Shown: one piece after another, positions 51,478 through 62,659 of the stretch
How the letters are laid out: every line of letters starts with the position of its first letter
Position numbering within the stretch: position 1 is the first letter of the stretch
From: Nitrospirales bacterium
GTDB lineage: Bacteria > Nitrospirota > Nitrospiria > Nitrospirales > UBA8639
DNA length: 64,000 nt
NCBI GenBank assembly: GCA_965203295.1
Contig: CBDBCZ010000018.1
Location: forward strand, 2,688,001 to 2,752,000
Direction of reading: 5' to 3'
The notes under the pieces: generated by a model
Databases searched by the model: none
Told to the model about the DNA's origin: nothing
What the model saw: the letters and a program-made list of their open reading frames with translations, nothing else
Position numbers and translations under genes: made by a program

Positions 51478-54406
51478 ATGCATTCGTATCGTGCGTGTGG
51501 ACACTGCGACAAGTACTTAAGCGATAAGGCCTACAAAGAGCACCATCGCCTATACTTTCAACAGGACCGATGGCTGAGAGCTGATGACCTACATCTATGT
51601 GAAAGTAATGAATCTTCTCCGCTGTCTGTTTCTGACCCAAACAGTGATGTTGAATCACAACCCAGTGACAATGATTTGGAGGAAGCAGATATGCACCCTG
51701 AAGATTCGGATGATATGTTTTCTGACCCTGAGCCTGAGGCTGACATGCTTGGTGAGCCTCCCTAATTAAGGCACACTATCTTCATGCATAATTTATATTA
51801 ACTGCAGCTAGCAATTTCATCTACAACATGTACATGTAATCCTTTTCATAGATGAATTGGAGTATTGGAATGAGGAAGATAATGATATAGATGTGGACTT
51901 CCCGCCTCCTCAAGAGCCCAGTAATGACTCATCTACATTAACTGATGAACAAGAGGACTTGGACAGCAAAACTGTAATTTGGTGGATAGTTGTATTTACC
52001 TGCGTATTCCAAACCCTTCACTCCCTATCTGAACGGGCAGTTTATTGGCTTTTGAAGTTCCTGTTTACACTTCTTACAGTTATGGGTCGTTATTCTGAAA
52101 AAATTGCTAGAATAGCTGCTGTTTTCCCATCAACCGTATATTGCAGGACACAATACCTGAAGAAAAAACTATTGACCCCAACTGTTTGCAGCTCTGTAGT
52201 CTGTCAAGAATGTCATTCCCTCTATGATTATAACGACTGTATAGAAAGGAGAGGTATCCAGGTTATTGTTAAGACTTGTCGTCAATGTGCAAAGGCGGGC
52301 AAAAGAATTCCTCTTTTAAAGCAAGTATTCACCAGACAAGGGACTGAGAAATTTTACCCTTCCCTGGTGTATCCTTACTCATCCCTTGTCACTACCCTAA
52401 AATCTTTTTTTAAACGCCCAAATTTTCTCCGTGCTTGTGAAGAATGGCGACAAAGTATAGCAACGGATCCAAATGCTTTACGTGACATTTATGATGGCAA
52501 GCTTTGGAAGGATTTTTTCTGTTTTGAAGGCATCCCCTTTTTGTCTGAGAGAAATAATATTGGACTAATGTTAAACGTTGATTGGTTTCAACCTTTTAAG
52601 CATAGAACTTACTCTGTAGGAGTATTGTACTTAGCTGTGATGAACTTACCACGTAATATCCGTTTCAAAAGGGAAAATATTATCATTGTGGGAGTTATCC
52701 CTGGACCTTCGGAGCCTCCTCTAACTATAAACACATACTTATCTCCCCTTGTATCGGAACTCCTTTCCTTATGGAATGATGGTATTGTGTGTAATGTATT
52801 GGAATCGGGACCCCAGGTTATCCGTGCTGCACTTTTATGTGTAGCTTGCGATTTGCCTGCAGGAAGAAAAACTTGTGGATTTTTAAGTTATGTTGCAAAC
52901 TTGGGCTGTTCAAGGTGCTATGCCAATTTTGGTACAGGAAAGTTTGGAGTTCAAAACTATTCTGGATTTAACCGCACCTCCTGGAGGCCTCGCTCAATCG
53001 CCAAGCATAGAGAAGATGTCAAAACAATTCTCAAGTGTACAACAAAATCAGAAAAACAACTAAAGGAATCAGAATTTGGTTGTCGTTATTCCTGTTTACT
53101 CGAACTGCCTTACTTTGATGCAATTAGAAAACTGATTATAGACCCGATGCATAACTTGTATATCGGAACAGCCAAGAGCATTATGCACAATATTTGGATA
53201 AAAGCTGGAATTCTTGATAAGGTTAGGCTCAACAGAATTAATGGCAAAATGTCAACTGTTATCATCCCACCTAATGTGAAGTTTGGCCGTTTACCTTCTT
53301 CAATTGAATTTAGTAAATCTTTCACAGCTGAGCAGTGGATGATTTGGGTAAATTATTACTCACTCTATTGCCTATATGAAGAGCTTCCGCCAGAACATTT
53401 CGAATGTTGGAGGCATTTCGTTTTAGCGTCTAGGTTATTGTCAAAACGGGAAGTAACCTTGGATGATATATCTATTTCAGATGCTCTTCTTCTTCGATTT
53501 TGTTGTCACTTTGAATCCCTTTATGGCCAGTCAGCAGTGACACCAAATATGCACATGCATTGTCATTTGGCAGAATGCATCAGAGACTATGGCCCCATGT
53601 CATCCTTCTGGCTCTTCTCTTTTGAGAGAATGAATGGGATTCTCGGTAATGAGCCTACCAATAATCGGTCCATTGAACTTCAGTTGATGCAGCGATTTGT
53701 GAAAGACAATTCTCATTTACATTTGCTATCCTCTCTCTCTAATGACAGTAGTGATGTGAGCACTGTTTTTTCCAAGGTTGTTAAAGAGCATGCTTACAGC
53801 TATGATTCTGTAAAGCACTTGGATAGACAGATATCTTTGACAGTTCAATCTAGCTCTGGTTTTCAGTATGTACCTGCCATAAAATATACTCTGGCAGTGT
53901 TTTCAGAATCACATATTCCTTTTTTGTCCCAAATTTATTGTACCATTTACCCTGCACTTTCTGAGCAACTCAGCTGTACTGTAACACAGTCACAGACGTA
54001 CAGAATGATGCATTCAATTACCATCTGTAATCAAAAGATCAATTCTGGTCAATTTGTGTATGCGAAAAGCGTGTTTCCTTTTCAGACATCACTGTCCGAT
54101 ACCACCCAAACTGTTTTTACTGATCCTACATATCGTCCTGCTAAAGTTCATCATTTTGCTATCCATTCAGTTCAAGTTACGGAGTCTTCATGTACTATTA
54201 CGCATGCTTTTGCTGTTATCAGTTGGTTGATGCATCACCCACTTCAGCACTCTATTGGTAAGCCATATCAAGTTTGGCATTCATCACTGTATGAGTATAG
54301 TCCAGAAAATTTTGTTGTACCATTAGAAAATATTTCTTCTTTGTTAATAACAGCTGAGTGCACCTTTGAAGATGGAAATGTTATTGTAGTAGTACCTCTA
54401 TTGTAG
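51478..54406 (+). CDS. CACTA/EnSpm transposase (Transposase_21 type), two exons, 942 aa, intact
   Basis: Exon 51478-51751 (CxxC...HH finger-like start, acidic tract) splices to 51852-54406. Motifs DIYDGKLW, LNVDWFQPF, NLPRNIRFK, CDLPAGRK, IDPMHNL, PNMHMHCH and WLFSFERMNG. Confidence 0.95.
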
Positions 54407-54565
54407 TCTTGTTTTAGCACATGGCAGTTTTATATTAACAATGCCAAGATCAAGTAGAAATACATTTATACCAAGTATAGCATACCAACTTGGTAAAATA
54501 TTATTGGCCGGAAAGTTTGGTCATATATTTCCCTGCAAACTTGAAGGATAACCAACATTTCACTT

Positions 54566-54860
54566 AGTAAACTTGAAAGAAAACTGTGTTTCCACATGCT
54601 AAAAATACTTCGTTTCCATGCTCAGTAAACTTGAACGAAAACTGTGTTTCCACATGCTAAAAATACTTCGTTTCCATGCTCAGTAAACGCGAAAGAAACT
54701 TATGTTTCCACATGCTAAAAATACTTCGTTTCCATGCTCAGTAAACGCAAAAGAAACTTATGTTTCCACATGCTAAGAATACTCTGTTTCCATGCTCAGT
54801 AAATGCAAAAGAAACTCATGTTTCCACAATTGTAAAAAATACTTTATGTTTCCATGCTCA
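54566..54860. repeat. Right subterminal tandem repeats of the CACTA element (58 bp, about 5 copies)
   Basis: GTTTCCACATGCTAA at 54588, 54646, 54704 and ~54762. Confidence 0.9.
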
Positions 54861-55286
54861 GAAAATTCAAAAGAAAGATGAGGTATCCACAGCAGGATTA
54901 TATCATGTTTCCAATCATCATTGTAAACTTAATGAAATGCATAAGGTTTCATGGTGTTTCTATACCCTTGTGGAAACTTATTGAACTTTTTAGTGTTTCC
55001 TTCTGAGAAACATCTAAGGAAACTTAAAAGTTAAGTTTCCATTAGGATTTTTTACAGCAAATCTCCTGGAAACTTATTATTTTTCACAGTGTTGGTTAAT
55101 GCACAGTGAGTATATGAAGCCAAATAACAGCTACTGTACAGTGCAGGGCATTCTGGGGCAAGATCTAGAAGCTCTACATGCTGGTGTCTAGCTTATTATG
55201 AGGCTACCAGGCAGCTGCGCTACATGTAGGTTCGTTTTGTGAGCACTTTATCCCACTTGGTACATGCATACAGTGGGGCAGGTTGT

Positions 55287-55438
55287 AGTTAAACCACCCC
55301 TAGACGCATTTACCAGTAATACACGAGGTAAACCCCACCCCGAGAGCGAAGCCCGAGGGGTTTACCTGGAACTGTCGAGTGTTTTGCTGGTAAATGTCGA
55401 GTGTATTGCTGGTAAATGTGTCTAGGGGTGGTTTAACT
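55287..55438. repeat. Palindromic element with central GCGAAGC
   Basis: AGTTAAACCACCCCTAGAC...GTCTAGGGGTGGTTTAACT. Confidence 0.8.
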
Positions 55439-56842
55439 GGTTTGTTAGCATGACAGCCATACACATCAAAGGCACCATGACAGCTGCAACAGCTGCCATG
55501 TTCTAACTTCCCTAATTGGCATGTTCTAACTACCACTAATTGTAAGTTAGAACACTCCTGCAGTTAGAACACTTCTACACTCCATGTATATAAACCGTAG
55601 GCAGTTAGAACACTTCTACCCTATATAAACTGTAGGCGGTACCTTTGATTTGTATGGCTGCCATTATATTGTACTTGTATGCCAATATGAAGAAACAAAG
55701 AAGGTATGCACATGACCCTAACACTTGGTACATGCGCGCAGTGGGGCAGTTCGTTGCATTGTACTTGCATGCAAATATATTATACAAATGAACTGGAGAG
55801 AGGGACAAGGACAGTTAGCACTAAACAAGATGTACTGCACTTGACACATACACGCTCATGTGCATACCTTCTCTGTTTCTTCACTGTTTGCTTCCAGCAA
55901 TTCTTCAAGCTTCTCAATGATTTCTTGAGGGAAGTGGGCCACCTTTGTGTTCTTCCCACTGCTCAGCTTCTTCAGTCGCCCTTCACCGAAAAACAGTAAG
56001 TCTATAGGAGATTCTGATGCTTGCGTAGTAGGATTGATGACAGTTTTGCCATTGGGATCAGTTGAAATGATATCGTACACAGAATAGAAGTGGGGATCGG
56101 GCCTGTGAGCTGCAAGATCTGAGCTGCTAAAGATCTGCAAATCGAGAAAAATGGAAGGACAAGCTAGCCGGATGAGATGAGCCACCATCGTCTGAACCAT
56201 GTCCAGCAGCTGAATGCATTGGTGACCTTCGCCAGCCACTGCACGACCAACAATACGGATTGCAGTGCTAGAGTCATTGATCTGGACGAGGCACTGATGA
56301 GAACCAGCATCGACTATGAAACTACTTTTGAATAGAAAAACCTTTTCCTGCTTAAAGCCACTGGTAGCTTGGACTTGAAGTCGGGGAAAGAATCCAGGAG
56401 GAAAAGCATCTGTCTCGTCCGCACACGATAAATTCCTCCCTACATAGGCTACAAACTGAGGCTCGGGCTTCCATACTTGCGCATCCAAGGGGGTTGTAAT
56501 GAGGGAAGGGAACATGTAAGCATTGGATTCCCTAACCTTGTGGCACAGCTCAAAGTGTTGTAGCAACCCGATGATTGCAGGAATGTGTTGCTTGTCGATA
56601 TGCTCTGCAAACCTCGCCTGAAGCTCATCTACTGTTATTAGTGGTGAGCCGACTGAGCCGTAGGAAAGCTCTCAGGAGCCAAGGCCTTTCCAAGAACATC
56701 TTTGCATAGCCAACCAGGGTCAATGAAGACAAAGTTGGCCAATGCTCCTTCTTGAAAGTAGACAAGCTACAAGGAAAGGAGAGAACAATACCATCTGGAG
56801 TGCCATTGCTTCTATTTACTAGGTGAATGCAAAGCATTGTGG

Positions 56843-57264
56843 GGCGAGCGTGAGCGAGGTATTAGCCCATGCGTACGTTAGCGGCGACGCGCCCTCAGCA
56901 GCTCTTTTGGCTCCTTCTCTCGTCTCAGTGTCACTGTCGGTGGCCTGGAGAAATGACAACTCTTCTGGCTCTAAAACTCGCTCTCTGCTGTTCCAATGTG
57001 ACTTATCGCCAACCTGGGGATATATACGGCAACGCTGTAGCCTTTGCCGCTGCCTACTCTGTGAGAGCATCCCTAAGCTAGCTGCACTGCAGCCACTGTG
57101 GCCACGTGAACAATTTGGAATATTACGGAAACTATTTGAAACGTTATATTGAAGCGCGAAGCGATATGCGGTATGTGCGTACGTACGTACGTACGTACGT
57201 ACACCGTACGCACAGACAAATTCTCCATTGAACACACTAGTGTGGGGCTCGCTCACGCTCGCCC
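56843..57264. mobile_element. Intronic non-autonomous element with GGGCGAGCGTGAGCGAG inverted ends and (CGTA)n
   Basis: Inverted 17-mer near both ends and a microsatellite at ~57178-57202. Confidence 0.6.
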
Positions 57265-59022
57265 AATCAATTGTCATGTTTGCCTCATTTCCAGGTCTCC
57301 ACTGCCACCTTATTTGTGCACGTTGGAAAAAAGCCTGCTGATCAGTATGGAATGAAAATCTGGCAGTGGAGACTGGGAACGAGACATATACATGTAGCTA
57401 CCCACAGTGATTATTTTAGCAACATCCTTTCCAGTACTTTGCAGGCACCAAACTATATTGTTGGTGCCAGAGCATGCAAAAACAGACAGTACCAATACTT
57501 TTGTTCACAGCTCTGCACACCCTTACATGTAGGGAACTAATACAGGCACATTTCATATTTACAAGTACGTATCTAAAGTGAGGCGACAGCATACGTACTT
57601 ACATTACTTATGTACATAATCAAGCGGTACACATACCACTCCGGCATTGGTGAGGCACCGACAGACATATATTAGCTGTTTCTCTGACAGCAGCTGGTTG
57701 AGCTCATCATGCACAATCGTCCTGAGGGATTCCCAGGGCATAACCTTCAACTTGGGGTGTTCCACCCGAAGCTGCTCCACCTTCCACGCCACCTGTTCTA
57801 CCACACGAGGATACCGTTGCTGTGCCTATAAGAAGAGGGTGGCAATAGCTTGTGATATTAGCCCTATCACACTTACTGGTAAACTGCTCACTTACAGTTG
57901 AGAAAATAGATATGAGCTGCTACTAATTAGTAGGGATAGGGTTAGGGTCTATGCATATGGACAATTTATCGTCTTCTCACCAGACCTAGCTTCCACTTTT
58001 GCAGAGAAGAAAAACACTTTTAGCCCAGGCCATCGCACAGTACTCCATGATCACACCACAAAGGTGTTTTAGGATACATTGTGAATACACTGGCTTAGCA
58101 ATGCTATCCATGTCTAATCTATAGAAAGTGAGGTCGAAGTGACTTGAATTCTGGTTTCACTACTGTGGTAGTCCAGACATGCAGTTAGGATGTGGGATGA
58201 TTAACATTCTTAAAGAGCTGGTAGTTACATACAGTTGCGGTCAATAAAACTTTACGTACCGTACAAGTAGTACGTACGCACTATGCATGGACTCCGTACC
58301 GTACTGTAGGCGTACCCACTGTGTAACAATATTGCGTAATAAATTTAGCACCACGTGTACAGTATGCTAACTGTGTATACTACTGCGGATTAGGCCGCAT
58401 TACGAGTGTGAAAGTAATAGTAAGAGCAAGGAAGAATCAGGGCTATAAAAAATGCGGCACAAAAATTGCTGGGACGGAGCCTAGCCCCAGCAGCAAGCCT
58501 ATACACATGTACCTGGACTCAAATCTACGCTTACGTACTTACTCTTCTGATCTTGTAGCTATTTCAAACGATAGCACATTGACATCTTTAATCTTCCAAG
58601 TTACCTGAATCCAATAGCGCACACAAGTTACAGGACCGTCGATGTCTTATCAGACCACGAGGCACTACAGTTAGTGTTGTTTTGGTTAACTATAACTACT
58701 ACTAAATTGCATTTTAGTAAATGCATCCATAATTTAGTAAATAAAACTATAAACTAAATAAAATTGTCATAAAGCAATTAATTAAATTATTACTAAATTA
58801 GATATCATTGTACTTCTTTGGCGATTATTACAGCCCACCACTGCGCATTCTGGACTTTGAACCGTACTGAAAGACCACCGAAGCCACGTGATTGAACTGC
58901 GCATGCGCATGCCCTGCACGCCTGTACACGAGTGTTGCCTAAGAAAAATGGATGGAGAATGTGTTTAGTTATCTGCTTCAATCGTGTTTGCTGCTTACGT
59001 TTGCTATTCCTTTGAGCGAGAC

Positions 59023-61168
59023 ATGGCCTCAGGACTATCGCCGTTGAGACTATCTTCAAGTCCCCCGTTATCTCCGTTGTTGTCGACGTCATCAGCGCGA
59101 AGCAGTAGTCGCCCAAAGCAGAGCCCCGTGTGGGACTACTTTGTGTTCGATCAATCTACCGGTAAGAGTACTTGCCAGGTTGATGTTAAAAAGGAGACTG
59201 GCAGTGATGCAGTTGAAGAGAAGTGTGCCCATTCCCTGGCCGGTAAGTACACAACAAATCTCAAGCAGCACTTAAAGAAAGAGCATCCGAGACTGTACAC
59301 AGAATTTCTAGCGAAAGAAGAGGAAAGGGAAAAAAAGCAGCTATCTGTATCACCAAACATTCCGGGCTCTTTCAAGAGCTCAAGTAAACATGGTAGGCAG
59401 CAACTGACGTTGGAGCAAACACTACGTCAAAAAAAAATGCTACAGAGAGTCCACGGTATAAAGAAATCACTAGAAAGTTAGCGATCTTTGTGGGAAGCAC
59501 AAATGTCCCAAATAGTATCGTGCGAAGCCTGGAATTCTGTGATCTTCTTACTACAGCTGACCCATGCTACTCTGTTCCTGGCCGAACAGCCACATCTAAA
59601 GAAATTGATAGGCTCCTAATTGACATGAAGGCCAAAATCGCCACTTCATTGGAAGATGCACGCAAAGTCAGCATCTGTGCTGATATATGGACGAAGAAAG
59701 GCATGTCGTCTTCCTATTTGGGAGTCACGGCTCATTTCTTTTCACCGAAAGATCACCTTCGCCATCGTGTCACTGTAGCAGTCAGAAGAATGCCATGTCC
59801 TCACACCGCTAAGAACATTCGTGCAGTCATTCAGGAGGTGTTGGGTGAATGGGAGGTTCCGTTGGGCAAGGTGTCTGCCATACTTACCGATAATGGCAGC
59901 AATATGGTCGCTTCGTTTTCGACAGCACTTTGAGGCATCTGAGGAAACTGAATCTGAAAACAGTGAGAATGCCGATGGAGGAGACATTGACGATGAAGAA
60001 TATGAAGCCCCAACTGAAGCTGAAATAGAAGATTTTGAGAGCAGGGAATTTGATCATGAGGTTGAATTCGGGCCAATATTCAAACGATTGAGTTGTTTCT
60101 CGCATACTCTGCAACTTGTAGTCCATCGATTTGATGAAGTAAAGAGTTCCAAGAAAGTGCTGAAGGCAGCACATAAAGTGGTAGAAAAGTGAACAAGTCA
60201 ACTAAAGCCACAGAGAAATTGATCACCTTGTGTGGAAAAAAGTTTGTCGGTGATTGTCCAACCCGATGGAGCTCCACGTACCTACTCATCACACGAATGC
60301 TTGAAGTACGGGTGGCATTGACACAGGTGTTAAAAGAGCTGGAGTGAGACAATTTGGCCACAAGTGAGTGGAAGCTGTTGGAAAGCATGCGTGATCTGCT
60401 CCAGCCATATGCTCGGTACACCACACTACTGGGTGGAGAGGAGTATACCACTTTGTCTGTTGTTGTTCCTGCTATCATGAAAATATAATTGCATCTGCGC
60501 GAAATGGAAGAGTCAGCGAGGACTGGCAGGAGCAGTGACCCTCCCGGAAACTGAAATGGAAGAGTCAGCGAGGACTGGCAGGAGCAGTGACCCTCCCGGA
60601 AACTGAAATGAAGAGGAGGTTCGACAGGATCCTTAATCCCAAAGCTGATGGTTATGAACTCACTTTCCTTGTAGCAACTGCCCTTGATCCACGATACCAA
60701 GTAGTGCTGGATGCCGAACAGATAGCTTCTGCTAGAGCTGCACTTGCAAGTCAACTCAAGGAAATGAGACAGCAATCACCGACACAGAGTCCGAGTTTGA
60801 GCTCAACTGGAAGACCACCTAAAAAACGATTCCGTCTTCTTTCAGGCTTGATTGAGGAACGAATTAAGCAAAAAATTAGCAAGCATCCAGGTTTTCCACC
60901 TGAGGAGGAAGAAATAAAACGCTACTTCAGTACTACCACTACATTAGGTGAAAAGGTAGAGCCTGTTTTCTTCTGGATCGAGAATGAACAGGTCTACCCA
61001 CTCCTCTCTGCACTTGCCTTTGACACTTTGATCATTCCCGCATCATCAACACCCATTGAACGCACTTTTTCCACTGCTGGAGAAACAACATCGGGTAAAC
61101 AAAACCGTTTGTCAGACAAGAATCTTGAGCGGGAAGTACTACTTCGAAAGAATAAACAATATCTTTGA
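59023..61168 (+). pseudogene. hAT (ZBED-like) transposase, disabled
   Basis: BED finger (SPVWDYF..C..C..TTNLKQHLKKEHP), CADIWT, LTDNGSNM, CFSHTLQL, CPTRWSSTY, LDPRY and PASSTPIERTFS. Several frameshifts and stops. A TAGTGTTG left-end candidate lies at ~58672; no right TIR found. Confidence 0.92.
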
Positions 61169-61429
61169 CTTGGTTCGAGAACTAACCGCACTCCCAAGTG
61201 TAAAGACTTCGGGTGAACAAAGATGCGAGTGAGCATTGATATGGGTGAGCGGAGAAACACGTGTATATTACTACATTCTTAGGGGAATGCAAACCACGTA
61301 CATATTACACTTGCATGTACATGCTACTCAAATCTTTTCTCTAGGTTCTGCATGGCTATGTAACTGCAACGACGTACTACGTACTACATATATATAGCCA
61401 TTACCATATTTTATGCAGTTAGCCATGTT

Positions 61430-61890
61430 CCCAAGTTTCCCTGCACAGTTCTTGTGCATGCAAGGGGAAGGCCTGAGGATGTATATTCTCCAGTGCATGA
61501 GACATGCTGTATGCAGCGAGAGTGAGATTCTTTTTAAGTGTAGGGGGCAGTACATTGGTGGTTGTAAACTCTTAAACAGAAGGAATACACTGGATATAAA
61601 GAGGAGTGATATTCACTGCTATCATGGGACCAAGAATGATGGTGGCCTTCTCGTGAGACGGATGCCAGTGCAACAACAGGACGGGGTGATAGACTATCAT
61701 CTATTCAATTGCATACCATGCCTCTCATGGAAACAGCGTAGCTGCACTAAAGCTAGACCAACAGCAGCTGAGACAACAAATATCTGCTTTGCAAAGCAGC
61801 AGCCATCTCCCCACAAACCACAAGCAAGAGATAGAATCAGTGTACAAATGTGGCCAAACTGCATTTCTGCAGTTCTGCTATCAAATCATG
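61430..61890 (+). pseudogene. Possible decayed Ulp1-like cysteine protease remnant (transposon cargo)
   Basis: MPVQQQDGVID resembles the Q-x(n)-DCG catalytic segment, with an HW-like codon pair upstream in another frame. The catalytic Cys is absent. Confidence 0.35.
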
Positions 61891-61974
61891 GAATTCGTTC
61901 AGCTAGTGGACTTTTTTTTTATTTTTCAGCAACTCTGTGGTGTGAACAGCAATACTTTGGTGCATATTGTGGAA

Positions 61975-62290
61975 ATCTACAAATCCACATTTCTACATAT
62001 TTTGCAAATCTGCAACTCTAACCTGCATTTCAGAAGTTGTACAATCTACTCTTAGACTTCCCCATTTTCTGCACATCTGCAAATCTGCATTTTTTGCAAA
62101 TCTGCATGTTTTGCAAATCTGCAGTTCTGCAAATCTGCATTTCTGCAAATCTGCATTTCTGCAAAATCTGCATTTCTGCAATCTGCATTTCTGCAAATCT
62201 ACTTTTCTGCAAATCTGCATTTCTGCAAATCCACATTTCTGCAGATCCACATTTCTGCAGATTTGCATTTCTACAAATCTATTTTTCACA
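61975..62290. repeat. Minisatellite, ~16-bp unit ATCTGCATTTCTGCAA
   Basis: Directly visible tandem array; likely subterminal repeats of a transposon. Confidence 0.85.
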
Positions 62291-62659
62291 GCAGGACTTG
62301 AAAGGGGTAATCACTACCTGTTAAACGTGGGAATCTAAACTGTGAAAAATTGATTCTGAGAGGGAAACTGTCAATAGTCAGAGTTCATGTATTGGTTCAC
62401 CAATTAGGTAGAACCCTATCTCATATAATTTGTAGTCAGAGTGGACTGTTGCCTTGACAATGGCCAATCATTTTTAGTTCTCATCCAATCAGTCACATTC
62501 AGGCGGTTGCACAATATTGATATGTCTGCAGTAGTTGACTCAGTGTTAGTGAAAGCAGCTAGCTAAATGTGAGTAAATGTAATGTATTTGTCAAATAATA
62601 GCACATAGAAAAACTTGAATGGAAACATACAGCTGCATTTTACACGAGATCAGTAATGA

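Larger units (their letters stand above)
48344..55091 (+). mobile_element. CACTA/EnSpm (CMC) DNA transposon, full length, 6748 bp
   Basis: 25-bp TIRs CACTRTGAAAAATAATAAGTTTCCA (one mismatch), TTG duplicated on both sides, subterminal repeats and two open genes. Confidence 0.96.
48203..57825 (-). pseudogene. DAPK-like ROCO gene, COR and death-domain exons; frameshifted (pseudogene or sequence error)
   Basis: Exons 57825-57637 (CLTNAGV), 56766-55868 (FVFIDPGWLCKDVLG, LQHFELC, YMFPSLI, YVGRNL, FPPGFFPRLQV) and 48330-48203 (DWRDLATALGL). Phases match; frameshift near 56655. Confidence 0.75.

Noticed and set aside
54566..54860. Regularly spaced repeats resembling a CRISPR array
   Set aside because: Whole 58-bp units repeat without unique spacers, there are no cas genes, and the array is subterminal in a CACTA element.
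61967..62338. Repetitive ORFs (ICRNADLQK, LHFCKSAF) as repeat proteins
   Set aside because: Translations of a 16-bp minisatellite that is open in several frames on both strands.
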